Shown: positions 1 to 13,004, numbered from the whole stretch's first letter. The stretch: DNA of 47,107 nucleotides, filler included, from Streblomastix strix (GCA_008636045.1; 2 parts of 2 records of this genome joined end to end with filler, not necessarily neighbours in it), one strand, 5' to 3'. Notes: generated from the sequence alone by a model not told the origin. A program made the numbers and translations.

Positions 1-457
1 TAAGTAGCATAAATTCAGTCTATGTTAAATATATTTAGAAAAATTCGGTTACTTCCCCGTTGTCGAGAAAAATTGCATTTTTTTGACTGGCTGTTGAAAA
101 TTTGACCTTAGAATTTTTTGGTAAAAAATATATTCAATATATTTATTTAAAGCAGAAAATCCGCAGCGGAGCGCGGGTAGACCCCTAGTCTAGTATAAAA
201 AAATTACACTCCCATAGCAAAAAAAACATGAAAAACGTATGATTTTTCCCGGACACCAGACACATATATATAAGTAGCATAAATTCAATCTATGTTAAAT
301 ATATTTAGAAAAATTCGGTTACTTCCCCGTTGTTGAGAAAAATTGCATTTTTTTGATTAGCAGTTGAAAATATGACCTTAGAATTTTTTGGTAAAAACAT
401 ATTCAATATATTTATTTAAAGCAGAAAATCCGCAGCGGAGCGCGGGTAGACCCCTAG
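1..457 (+). mobile_element. Two head-to-tail non-autonomous Helitron units (partial 1-188; complete 189-457, 269 bp)
   Basis: 1-188 is nearly identical to 271-457. Each ends in a GC hairpin (CCGCAGCGGAGCGCGG) followed by CTAG|T, and unit 2 starts with TC at 189. These are canonical Helitron TC...hairpin-CTAG termini. Confidence 0.75.
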
Positions 458-479
458 TATATATGAAGTATAACACCGG

Positions 480-2125
480 GCCATTGTCAATTAACAAGAT
501 GCCTAAATTTTTTAATAAACAACATCGTTGTGCATTCATTTTTTGTCAAATGATATTAAATACATAGTTGAGACAAATTCCTAATTTTTTTTTTCTTGAA
601 TATGTAAAATTGAACCTTAACAACTTTTACATTTTTTCAATTTATATTTCGATTTTCTCGCGCAATACTACTTGACCATTAATGTTTTATGCATATTTTA
701 TCATTACTTATATCAATATAACCTTATTATTTCCTCAATAGAGGAATATACTCCAACAACCCTTGATTGAGGGAATTTTCATTTCAAAACTACATCTTCA
801 ACTATTTTCCACTCAAACAAAGTTGAGTTCGCATCTTAGATCATATTTCTATATTACTTAAGATGAACTGCCATTTTCATTACATTTTTATTAAAACTGT
901 ATGATTGTACGGCCAGAATCAAAACTTTATATTTCATTGTTTATTTTCTACAACCATTTAACTTTGTTCAGTATTTTATTTAAAAGAAATATTATACAAA
1001 TCTACAATTTTCTTCCTTTTTTATATATAGGTAACTATTAGAAATGTTTATCATTATTATTTTGTTTTTTAATTTTTGTTTTAGAATTTCTCATGGATCC
1101 AGTTGTTGGAAGTTGTAGACCTGCCAGTTTATCCTTTTCACTGAAAGAAGGTAAGAAGATTCACATTGTTGAGAAAGCGCCCAAAGCAAACCCCATGGCT
1201 ATACGTAAATTCTAGCAAACAGAATTTCGTAGGTTCTATGATCGAGGTGATCTTCCAGTGGCTGTTGAGCACACAGCTAGTGGTGGTACAATATTTTGGA
1301 AGATCCAACCAGAACAACTTGATTATCACCATTATCTACCTATATTCTTTGATGGATTGCGCGAGACTGAAGATCCATACAGACTACTCTCATTAGAGGG
1401 TGTGAATGATATGCTTGACAAAGGTGGTAGTAAGATATTGCCAGTCATCCCATAGCTCATAATCCCACTCAAAACTACACTCAATACACGAATCCCATCA
1501 GTTGTATGTAGAGTCCTAATTGTGATATAGAAGCTTGTTGTATCAGGTGAGCTTATTGGAGAGACACTAGTTCCATACTATCGACAATTACTCCCTGTAT
1601 TCAATCTCTTCAAGATGTCCAATGGTGTGATTCATTTATTTATTATTTATTATTCTTATTAATCATCATATAAGTAAACATTGGTGATGACTTTGAGTGG
1701 GCACAGAAGAAGCGCATGAATATGGGGGATCTTGTGCAGGAGACTTTGGAGATTATGGAAATACATGGTGGGAGGGACGCATTCATCAAGAAAGTTGATT
1801 CATTTAATTATTTTAATTAATTATTAATTAATTATGCTTGTCATTATTCTAAATTTTAAACATCAAAAATATTCACATTGAAGTAGAGATCAATTTCAAT
1901 TGTGAAATTTCATTTCAAAACCTTTTTTTGAGATATTAACAATTTCATTTTCTATTCATTTTTTGTCAAATGTTATTAAATACAAAACCTAGCCAAATTC
2001 ATAATTTTAGTATCTTACATATCTGATATTGAACAACTGCAACATTTTTAATTTTTCATATTAACTTTTCTATTTTCTCGTGCAATATTATTTAACCATT
2101 AATATTTTATAGATTATCTATTATA
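480..2125 (+). repeat. Diverged direct repeat pair (~480-720 and ~1900-2125) flanking PACRG
   Basis: Shared blocks attcattttttgtcaaatg(a/t)tattaaataca, caaattc(c/a)taatttt and ttttctcg(c/t)gcaata occur in the same order in both copies. Confidence 0.6.
1093..1868 (+). CDS. PACRG: Parkin co-regulated protein (axonemal inner-junction protein); 3' end appears degraded
   Basis: With TAR=Gln: ...[18 protein letters not shown]...[21 protein letters not shown]...KILPVIPQLIIPLK...[20 protein letters not shown] intron 1625-1674, then [38 protein letters not shown]. The conserved terminal YxVPTYES motif is not found. Confidence 0.93.
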
Positions 2126-2428
2126 AGAAATATATTTTCAATATTTAATTGCAACAAAAAGCTACTTTTAACCTGTTTTAAAAATTTTGTTCTTTTTAAT
2201 CCTCCCTACATAGTCCTTACGTTTCTCCAATTTTTTGACCTCATATATAGAATATTCTCATTAAGAAGGTCATTTTGGTTTATACAAAGACTTTGAACGG
2301 AACTTTTTACGTACCGTTTAGAGCTATTTTAAAAAATTTCTCGTTATACTTTCATTATTGAACCACATTGATTTTTAATATAATGTTTATTTGTTATTTA
2401 TTTACTCATATGTTTGATATTTTATTAG

Positions 2429-5400
2429 ATGTGTTTCATAGTTCTTTTGGCTGTGTCTGCGACCATAGGTGAAGCTCTTTCTCCAAATTCAGTCAGTTTA
2501 GCTGTTCCTGACAATTACTTATGTGCAAATTCTATTCTAGAAATCAAAGAACATACTCCATACTTTGTTGCTGGATATATTTTTCCACAATCTTGGCAGA
2601 TATGCAAGAAAGAGTGTAATATTGAGATTGCCAACAATCAAACTACTAAACGTAAAATAAGCTGTAATTTCGAGTGGATTTCTATTTCAGTTAACTTTGA
2701 TGAGAGATCAGTCGAAAAATTAACTGAAATTTCTTATATTTTATTTAAGGTATTCATTTTTATTCTTTATAATTGATATATATTTATTTTATTATTTGAC
2801 ATAGTAACTAGTTAATTCCTCATAAAATCTTGCTAGAAGAATGATTTATTAATAAACAAAATATCCAATGTTTAGATTTAATCCAACTATAATTTCCAGA
2901 AATGAATTTCCATATAATTAATTCATTATTTCACTCACCAATCTATCTTCATTCAAATTGCATTTTGAACAGATTAGTTATAACTACTCAAATTTAGTTA
3001 ACAATAATCCTTCAATAATAAGTAAATTTATTCATCTATTCAAATTAATTACAACAATAACTCTGATTTATTCAATATTTTAATTGAAAACCTGTATCAA
3101 GAAATCACACATGATATTTATATCTCTTTTGATTTTCTATACATCTAATGATTTCTTCGATATTCAAGCAACTTCTCCATTAGAAATATTTTTTAAATCA
3201 TCTGGAAATGATTCATTCCCATGTTCATCAAATTAACCATGCATCTCTCTACAAGCGCCTAAATTCATCAATAATTTTAATAATGTAAGTAGTGAATTAT
3301 AATTAAATATAATAGACATAATTACAATATCTTCTTCTTTACAAATTAATAAATCATAACATGATCATGTAATTACCAATAATCCAATCAATAATTCATA
3401 AAATGCAAATATAATACTTGAGAAAAATGGAAATTTTGAAGTAAATGGAGAAATTACATGTTTTAAGAGATTAAATTTCATAGTTAATAATAATAATCAA
3501 GTAGACTATATCATATATGGAAATAGTAATTCATCCATTATTGAAATAATAGATTGTTAATTAAAAATGCTCAATAATGAATAAAATTATTCTATTAGTA
3601 CTGGACTTGTTGAATTGACAGATGGGCAATTAATGATCTAGAATTTAACAATTAAAAATGTAAAAATATCTGATAATAATGTTATAAAAGTCAATATAGG
3701 ATCAAATAAAATAGTTATTAATGAAAGTTAATTTGAAAATATTTTAATTAAATCTAAAATAAATAGATATATCATTGAAGGATAGTTAGATAATTGTTCC
3801 AGGGGATTTAAAATAATAAATAATAAATTCACAAACTGTTCAACATTTAATATCACAGGCATTCAATAATCTAATTATATATATATAAAGTTATTATTTT
3901 AAGAGGTAATAAGAAAAAACAGAAATATAAAGAATAATAATAAAATGTAAAGCAAATATTTTAATTCCTCAATTTAAGACATTGATTAATTTGAAATTAT
4001 TGAGATTTCAAATTTTAAAAATCAATTTAATATAGAATCTGATTAATGCATAAATAAGAAAATTAATCTCTAAATTATCACAATTCCTGATCCTAATAAT
4101 CATGGGATAAGTTTTTCAACATATGAACCAACAGAAAATAATGAAAATGAAAGAATAATAATTTATAATAGTTAATTTCCAAATAAATGCAAACATATTA
4201 TTTTAGAAAGTAAAAATAAAATTGAATTGAGTGGAAGTATTGAATTATTTGGATATAAAACAGAACTAACTATTATTAATTTAAAAGAATTGATTATTGA
4301 TAAATTCTAATCAATAAATATTGAATAATTAAATTTGATAGTTGGAAATAAAGTAAATGAAAATATTTATGATATTTCAGCTGGTAACAAACTTGTAATA
4401 AAAGATTTTGTTTAATTTGAAGGTTCTAAACAAGTGAATTTATTCGCTAAAGACATTACGATCAAAGGACAATTAAGAGCATTAGAAGGAACGTTAAATA
4501 TTAGAACTGGTAATAGCTTGATTATTAGGGAATATAATAGTTCATATACACTTAAATCCTTTAAATAAGATAATGAAATAAAAAATTCCATAAACATTTT
4601 GGAATAAGGGAAAATATATGCCTAAGCAATATTTCTTCAAACAACAGAGGAGAAAAGTTCGATCTTAATTAATGGAGATTTGATAAGTATGAGTGAAGAT
4701 TTAACATTGTAATCTGAATATGAATTAAATATTTATTAAAAAATATCACTTCAATCTTATGAAGGAAATATAACTATGAATATAAAAGGTGATCTCTGGA
4801 TTAAAAAAGAATCAATAATTGAAGCAAAAATGAATATAAATATTGAAAACATTGGTATATTAAGAATATTAGGAGGGTCAACTCTCTAGTCAGGAAATAA
4901 TATTTAGATAAAAACCGATCAACTTTAGATAACTAGTATGAAAACTTTGAATAATAAAGAATTATCTAAAATTAATGATGTGAATGTAAAGAATAATCAT
5001 GTTTTATTAAGTACATTAGAAGCAAAATCATCGCGTATATTTGCTTTTGGAAATATAACAATAATTACACCTCAAAGTGGAGAAGGTATTATTGGATAAA
5101 TAGTTTTATGGAATCATCAAATATCTGCGAAAGGTAATATTGAACTGATTGGGAAATCACTTCAAAACTTTGGCTATTATTAAAGATAAGAAGGAAAAAT
5201 TAAAGAACTATATCCAGGTAGATCTATTATTAATGGTGATAATGTTAATATTAAAATGAGAGATCTTATTTATAACCAAGGTTAATAAGCTATACTTTCA
5301 GCAAAATATAACTTAACATTATAATCAGAAAAAGAAATAAAGATTTATAATGAATCGTAACTGTTATCATATGAAAAAGATATTATTTTAAAATCAGCAC

Positions 5401-7718
5401 TATCTTTTATAATTGGATAAGAATCAATTATTGAAGCAAAAATGAATATAAATATTGAAAACATTGGTATATTAAGAATATTAGGAGGGTCAACTCTCTA
5501 GTCAGGAAATAATATTTAGATAAAAACCGATCAACTTTAGATAACTAGTATGAAAACTTTGAATAATAAAGAATTATCTAAAATTAATGATGTGAATGTA
5601 AAGAATAATCATGTTTTATTAAGTACATTAGAAGCAAAATCATCGCGTATATTTGCTTTTGGAAATATAACAATAATTACACCTCAAAGTGGAGAAGGTA
5701 TTATTGGATAAATAGTTTTATGGAATCATCAAATATCTGCGAAAGGTAATATTGAACTGATTGGGAAATCACTTCAAAACTTTGGCTATTATTAAAGATA
5801 AGAAGGAAAAATTAAAGAACTATATCCAGGTAGATCTATTATTAATGGTGATAATGTTAATATTAAAATGAGAGATCTTATTTATAACCAAGGTTAATAA
5901 GCTATACTTTCAGCAAAATATAACTTAACATTATAATCAGAAAAATTAAACAATGACAATCATTCGTTAATCTTCACAGAATTTGGAAATCTTATAATTT
6001 ATTCTAATAAGATAAAAAATCTCAATGTATCAATAATCAAATCTGGAAATGATCTAATCATTGAAGGATAATTACTTGAGAATATTGGAAAGGACAAATT
6101 TTTTGGAGATGTATCAGTTCGATTTGTTAAAACTGGTTATAAGCCAAAAGTTTTGGATTAAGTAGCTTATGGGTAAGAGCTTATTAATGTACTAATGACT
6201 TCATAACCTTCATAAATTCTTTCAAACAATAATTTGAAATTAGAAGTATCCAATATATAAAATAGATGCAGTGATATTATTGCATAAGAATAAATAACAA
6301 TAAAAGGAGAAATTCTCAATAATGAAAGAAATTGGTTTAAAAGAAATGTGAAATATTCCACTCTTGAACATTAGTAAAAAAGAAGTTTATTAATTGGAGA
6401 TAGACATAAATCTTAAGTTAAAGATTTTTTCAATAATGAACTCTTTTACTCATCTACACCATCTTCCATTTTGGGTAATATAATTGAAATTCATTCAAAT
6501 AATATAATTACCCAAGATCCACAAAGAATTCATTCAGATAAGAATTCAACAAGATCTAGAAGTAGAATTGAAGCAGAGAAATAATTAATTATAAAAGGAA
6601 ATAAGATTAATAATAGAGGATATTTAATCTCAACAGATGAATAGATAGATATATTTGCCAGTTCATTTCTTGAAAATGAAGGGGGATAAATTTTATCAGC
6701 AAAATCAGGAATAATTAAAGCAATAGATCATATTTCAAACAAAGCTTTAAGCAATGAATTTATTATTGATACTGATGAGGAAGGAAAATTAATTGAAAAA
6801 CCAAATAATAATTCAAAAATTAAATTCAATGTTTTCTTTGAGCATGAATCTGGGATGATTGGAATAGAAAAATCAGACATATCTTTGACAAAGAATGACT
6901 CAGATATCAATTAATAAATTGAAATGAAATTTAAAGCTGTTGATATGAAAATTATTTAAGATAATTCTAAGTATCCAGTTGAACCTTTAGAAAAAACTTA
7001 ATAACTTTAATAAGAACTATAATTTGGAAAAAAAAATAAAGATATTGGAAAAAATAGTATTGGAGGTATATTTAAAATAATTAACCATCATAAAAAAAGA
7101 GGAAATTATCGTCATTAATAAATTGATGTAAAAACCCTCTTAACACTATAGCTTTAATCTTAAATATTAAAATAAAATAAAGAATTAATTCAATAGAAAA
7201 TTTAAGAATTTAGAAATGAAGCAAGATTACCCGTTGCAGATATTATTCCTAGGAAACTTGTTGAAAATGACTTTGCTAAAGCTGTTGCAAAGACTAGAAA
7301 TAAATTTGAAGGCAAAGGTCCATTGGGTGGATGGTGGCATTGTGAATTTTTTCTTAGAGATACAGGTGAACATTATGGATTTTACCCTAGGAGTAGAAAA
7401 TGGATTTCACCAGAATAACCTCAATAAGGAGAACTTAGACCAGATGATGAAGAAAATGTGAAATAATTTTATTACCATAAAAAAGTAGGGTATCTTCCAG
7501 CATATTTTGCTAGATAATGTCGTTAGATAGATTAAATAAAGATGCAATAAAGAATAATAGAGTATCATATTTTTCATTATGATTGCCGTCACTATGCATA
7601 AAGTGTTTTAGATAGATATCACGAGAAAAGATAACATTAGATGAGTGAGATTGCTCCTTATCTTACCTAATAAGATTTACAACTATATCGATTGCAACAA
7701 TGGTAAATAATAATTTGA
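2429..7718 (+). CDS. ~1744-aa secreted beta-helical protein with TPS/haemagglutinin-like domain, FHA-like repeats and C-terminal papain-like His/Cys domain
   Basis: Exon 1 is 2429-2749 (hydrophobic N-terminus MCFIVLLAVSATIGEA), GT-AG intron 2750-2804, exon 2 is 2805-7718. The segments I translated share one frame with TAR=Gln and end at TGA 7716-7718. TPS-like ITIPDPNNHGIS...IILES...LSGSIELFG...TIIN...SINIEQLNLIVG at ~4070-4346. C-terminal WWHCEF...YHIFHYDCRHYA. An alternative start at ATG ~3111 is possible. Confidence 0.8.
4809..5945 (+). repeat. Near-identical in-frame internal duplication (4809-5333 and 5421-5945; period 612 bp = 204 codons)
   Basis: Direct reading shows about 525 bp repeated almost exactly within the large ORF. 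Confidence 0.95.
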
Positions 7719-8423
7719 TAATGAAATTAAATTAGAAATATTTGACTATCAATCGATTTCTCAAAGAGTGTTTTTTTAAACTTTATATTCATTTCGCATT
7801 ATTGCACATCAGTTACAAATTTAGCTCATTTTCTTACTTGATAATAAAAAATAAAATAAATATAATCAGTCAATTTCGTTATATGTCTTTTGGGTGGCAT
7901 CTGCCACCGAGAAGCTCAAAATGATGCCAACCAGAATTTCAAAGAAATTGCACTATTTTCATCATAATATATAATGACCAATATATAAAAAAAAGGAGAG
8001 GAGAGAGAGGATATTTTTTTTAAATATTTTAAAATAATAACTCTCTTTACTGTTAAAATTTTCTGGTTAAATTGAAGAGGCATTACTTCTCTTGGAGATA
8101 TTGTATAATTATTACATCATTCTACAAAATCACTTTTATTTATTTTTTGTATTTACGTAAATATATATTTTACTTTAAAATATCAATTGCTAAATAAAAT
8201 AAATTTTTTTTATTTCTTTTGTTTTACTAATTGCACTACGTTAAATTAGTTTTTTACTTATTTAATTTTAAATAATTTACAATCTAAGCGTTTTTTTAAT
8301 ATATTTATTTAATATATTCAAGCGGTAACAATTTGTAACTTTAATAATTTTTATAAATCAATTTCATTTATATTTACAAAACTAATTCGTTACTTTTAAT
8401 TCAAAATCCAGTTTCTCATTAGA

Positions 8424-11400
8424 ATGTAGAAAAAGAAGCCAATTTTGCATGGCCCAATGGATTAATATCTAATGAAACCAGAATCATCAAATAAAGAATA
8501 AAAAAATAAGAAAGCTAGAATTGAAAATGATTCAAGCGATGAAGATGCTGATTCTGATTCTGATTTTGACGAGATTTTGTAAAAACGATAATCATGTTGG
8601 CAAGTGATTGCACTTCTCAAAGGTATAATATATTTTTGTTGGGGATGCCAAACTGACCCAGAGGGGTTTGGCTGGGTGGGTCGGTCAGAGTTCTGTGGGT
8701 AAGAATAAATATATGATATTTCAAAAATAGTGTTTTGCTTTATGCTGGAAAAATTGAAAAAAGAAAAAAAATAATAAAATCTAAATAACATCAACAAATA
8801 ACTAGAATTATATGTATATATGTTGTTATTTAGTAATAATTTAAATACATTAAATTATTAAATATACTATTTATTAAAAAAAACTTGTGATACATAAAAG
8901 AATTGGCAAATAATAAAAATAATTTTGTTTTATGCAAACAGTATCATAATGGTAATTGCAATTTATTCAAATAAGTTAATAAACATATAAATTTAAAAAA
9001 TAATATAAAAATTAAAGATAAGGATACTAGCTGAGGGACACACTGCTGAAAGTAAATTTTTACCCAAAGTGCTAATAGAGGCTTATTTGAATCCATATTT
9101 TACTAAAATATATATATTAATGAAATGTATTAAAATTAATTTTTTAGAAGAACAGGGGTAAATACTCTTGTTTGGAATGACCCAGACTGGGTCGGGTCGG
9201 GTCGGGTCGGGTCGGGTTGGGTCTGGTCGGGTCGTTTTTTTTAAAGCCAAATTTAGATTGTAACAAGAATTGCGCGCCTCTAAGATAATAATACATAAAT
9301 TGGTTAAGACAGAAATATGGCATTGATATAATTACAAATAATTATAATAAATATAGTCAATAATACAATTAACTGGGCGCGAAAAAGAGTTTATCCATGA
9401 TGACCCGTACTAATTTTTAGAAAAAAAATTTTTTTTATTGAAACTATATTTATTATTTTAATGTTTATAAACATATTATTCATAAATATTAAAATGTATT
9501 TAATATATTATTAATCAAATCTGAACCATTAAAAAAATTTGATATTTTATTTTATTTTTTTTTATTTTGGGTCGTTTTTTCTTGGCTGAGTGGGTAAATC
9601 GGGCTCTGGGTGGTTGGGTTGGCATCCCCAATATTTTTGGGAATTTTACATATATGTTTACATTAATTTATTTCATTTAACGACATTACACCTCAGAATG
9701 GATTAGAGAAGATAAATACAACTCATATGAATTAGAGACGCGAATATTTAAAAAGAATAATGTATAATTTGGAGGATTATATTGCATTATATGTTCTAAA
9801 CATCAGCGAAGACTTGACGGGCTTTATATTACTGAACCAGCTTTTCCGGATAGACCAGAATTGTTATATAAACATAAGATAATAAATCATAATAAACTTT
9901 GAGAATTTAGACAAATGTGAAGATGATCGATTTTGTTCACAGACTTCTAAAATTAGAAATTAGCAATTGCACTATTCCTAGGATAGCTCAGCTGATTGAT
10001 TAATATGCTGTAGTCCAAGACCTTTCATAATTTGGACATTTCTTACCCAAGTCATTGTATGTATTTATTCGAATAATTGGATCATATTTCATAGATGAAG
10101 AGGTTGAATATGTAAATAAAGTCAAATGTTGGTCTGATATGACAGATGACAGCAAAAACATTTCTGAAATTGAACAAATGGCAATTTTAATCAAATACAT
10201 AGATGAATATGGCGAAATACATACAAGTTTTGTTAGTGTTTCTGACTTTAGAATCAGAGGGGTAGACTGCTAAAAATTTACTTAAAAGACACTGCTAAGA
10301 AATTTAAAGATTAGGGTTAAGATTGAAAGATTGCGTTAGTATTACTACTGAAGGAGCTCCAGCATTCATTGGAATTGAAAATTCAATGTTAACTAAATTG
10401 CTATAAATGTATCCATAGATTCTTCCAAACAGCTACATCAATTTTCGGTTACAAAATGTTTTAAAGCAGTCAATTGAAGATGAACATTGCGAGCCTCTTC
10501 TATCGGCCAGTGGATCAATAGAGGATGTCTATCATAATTACCATAAAAGCACAAAAAGATTGGAAGCTCTAAAAACATTGTTTATCTAAGCAGATGAAAT
10601 AATGATTTCTTTGAAACGTCTAACCATTACACGATGGAGCTCGCATTATTCAGCTGTTACTGCACTGCTTCTTGACTTACTATTCATCCTTAAGCGACTT
10701 AAAGCATTTAAGAAGTTCACCCCTAAAGATACTAGTTCTGCAGAATTCTTGTCTAAGATATCATCAAAGAAGTTTACAATAAAATTTTTAACATTATAAA
10801 CTGTTCTTAAAGAAGTTATTAAAACTTCAGCATACTTTCAAAAGAACTTCATTGAATTTGGTGAAGCATTTCCAAGAGTTAACGCATTAAAAGAATAGAT
10901 GAACTTATTAGTTAGCGGAGATAGTGTATTCAAAAACTATAGCAAAATTTGGGCTGAATTTGAAGAATCATGGGGTGAATTTACATGAGATAATCATTAA
11001 TATTGCATTTAGCTAACTGAATCCTTTGTTCACTCACTCAATAAGCATTTAACTGAGAAATTTCAAAAGGAAGATACTCAATCATTATACACTATATTTA
11101 GACCGTAATTATTTCAATAAAATAAAGAAACGTTTTCTACATTTGGTAAAATTGAAGTTAATAAGCTCATTGAAAGATATAAGGATAAAAGCGATGTAAA
11201 TTATATACAAATTGAAATTCGATAGTGTAAACTTGCTAAGAATTTTAATGCAGAAATTAAATCTGGAAGTGCAAATGAAACATGTATTTAAATATTAACT
11301 TCAAATAAGTTTTAAAAAATTTGAAATAATAAGAAAACTAGCAAGAATATCTTTGACAATCTCTGTCTCAAATGCCCCTGTAGAGTGCACATTTAGTGCT

Positions 11401-11733
11401 ATGAAAAGAATCAAGATTAAATCAAGAAATGTACTTAAACTATAAATATTAAATTTGTTAATCGCAGTCTCAGAAAATTCACCTATTAAAATAAAAGATT
11501 GTTAAATAAATCTGATTATATAAGCATGGCTTGGAGAAATGCATCGATTTTGGGAGCCAGTTGGAGTGCCTGCTGAAGGTTATGAAGATAAATTTGAGGA
11601 AAAAGATTTTGAAAGTAGTTCTACTGAGAATGAAGATTTGTTGGAGCTGACTAATAATGAGATCCTAACAAATGAATAAGTTCAGGATAATAGAAATGAT
11701 GCTGATAATGGAAAAAAAGTAAACATTCAATGA
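8424..11733 (+). pseudogene. hAT transposase (ZMYM1/DUF4371-like) pseudogene
   Basis: GLYCIICSKH zinc-finger-like segment; WSDMTDDSKNISEIEQMAILIKYID (first catalytic D region); LKRLTITRWSSHYSAV; C-terminal dimerisation motif LTISVSNAPVECTFSAMKRIKIKSRN. It has frameshifts, internal TGA and a nested insertion. Confidence 0.85.
8639..9631. mobile_element. Non-autonomous hAT-type MITE nested in the transposase gene
   Basis: Perfect 13-bp TIR TTGGGGATGCCAA/TTGGCATCCCCAA, perfect 8-bp TSD TATTTTTG (8631-8638, 9632-9639), internal (GGGTC)n tract at ~9187-9235. Confidence 0.92.
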
Positions 11734-13004
11734 GTATGTATGATAAAAATAAATGTAAAACTATTGCAATTTAATTAACTATATGTAGTAATGAGTATTT
11801 AAAATAGTTATTAAAATTCATTTCTTTTTTGTTTATTTATTTAGATTTCATCCAAACCATCTAATTGCATGTTTTGAGTTCTTCTCTATGAGAGGTCTCC
11901 ATTAATATGTATGACAATTAATATTAATGATAAATTCATTTAGTTAATATATCTTATCTTTATTTTCCTTATAAATCTTTCAATATTTATATAAAATATT
12001 TATTAATAATAATTTCTTTTTATTTAATTTATTTAGATTTCTTCTAATTTTTATATTTTCATATGCAATTTCATATCTTTTTGTAAATAAATATATTTTT
12101 AAATTAATAAAAATTTATTTTATTTTGTACCATGTTATTTAATTTTATAAATGATTAACATTAATGTTTTATTAAAATTTTATTAATGCCATCGAAAAAA
12201 ACATTTTGCCACCGATAAAATTAATGCAGGAAAATGGCTGAACATAATTAACAAAATAATTAATTTTAAAACTGCAGTGATATAATTTTATGAATTAGAT
12301 TTGATTTGCTAGGTAGGTAAACTTTTAGATTGTCGGAGTACGCCCTCCTAAGCGAAATAGGCAGAAATTCAGTAAACTTTATTTTTCTCAGCTTCCAAAA
12401 ATTATGAATATTTTATTTGTGTATATTTTGATTTTATTTCTATATTCATTTAATATTAAGTCATAATAAATAAAAATTAATACATGATCAAAAATTTATA
12501 CAACAAATTTCAATAAGCAGCATTTATCTCATTGTTTAACCAATAAATTGAAATAAAACCAAATTTTCCATTAATTATCTATAATTTTATATCTAAATAT
12601 ATTAATGAATAAATAGATATTAAAGCCACTAGTTGTATATTTAGAAGAAGATCGCCCCAACCTATAAAGCAATTTATTTACCTACATAATCTCGGATAAA
12701 TATAATCAATTCGTTCATAATTACGTATTCAGGATGATTTCATATCCTTCATTCGTATTTATTCACTCCTTATTTTATTTATACACGAGATTATGAAATC
12801 AATTGTTTTTAAAGCTAATACGAACTTCTTCCATATACACTGCTAACGCCCCAATCATCACTGTCTTCTCATCAATGCCCCAACATCGCTGTACAACATT
12901 ATCATCCCCTATATAATAAATTAAAAAAAATTAAAATAAATAAATATTAAACGTTAATTTTTCCGATAATGTTTGTGATTCATAAACAACATATTATTTT
13001 TCCC

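Larger units (their letters stand above)
7867..12240 (+). mobile_element. hAT-superfamily DNA transposon (decayed)
   Basis: Imperfect TIRs: CAGTCAATTTCGT versus reverse complement CAGCCATTTTCCT. 8-bp TSD AATATAAT/AACATAAT, subterminal TGCCACCGA motifs and an internal transposase. Confidence 0.75.

Noticed and set aside
2429..7718. Bacterial contaminant or a complete cdiBAI locus
   Set aside because: The gene has an intron, pervasive TAR=Gln codons and eukaryotic neighbours, and no TpsB or immunity ORF is visible.
9187..9235. (GGGTC)n as a telomeric repeat or CRISPR array
   Set aside because: It is internal to a hAT MITE and has no spacers.
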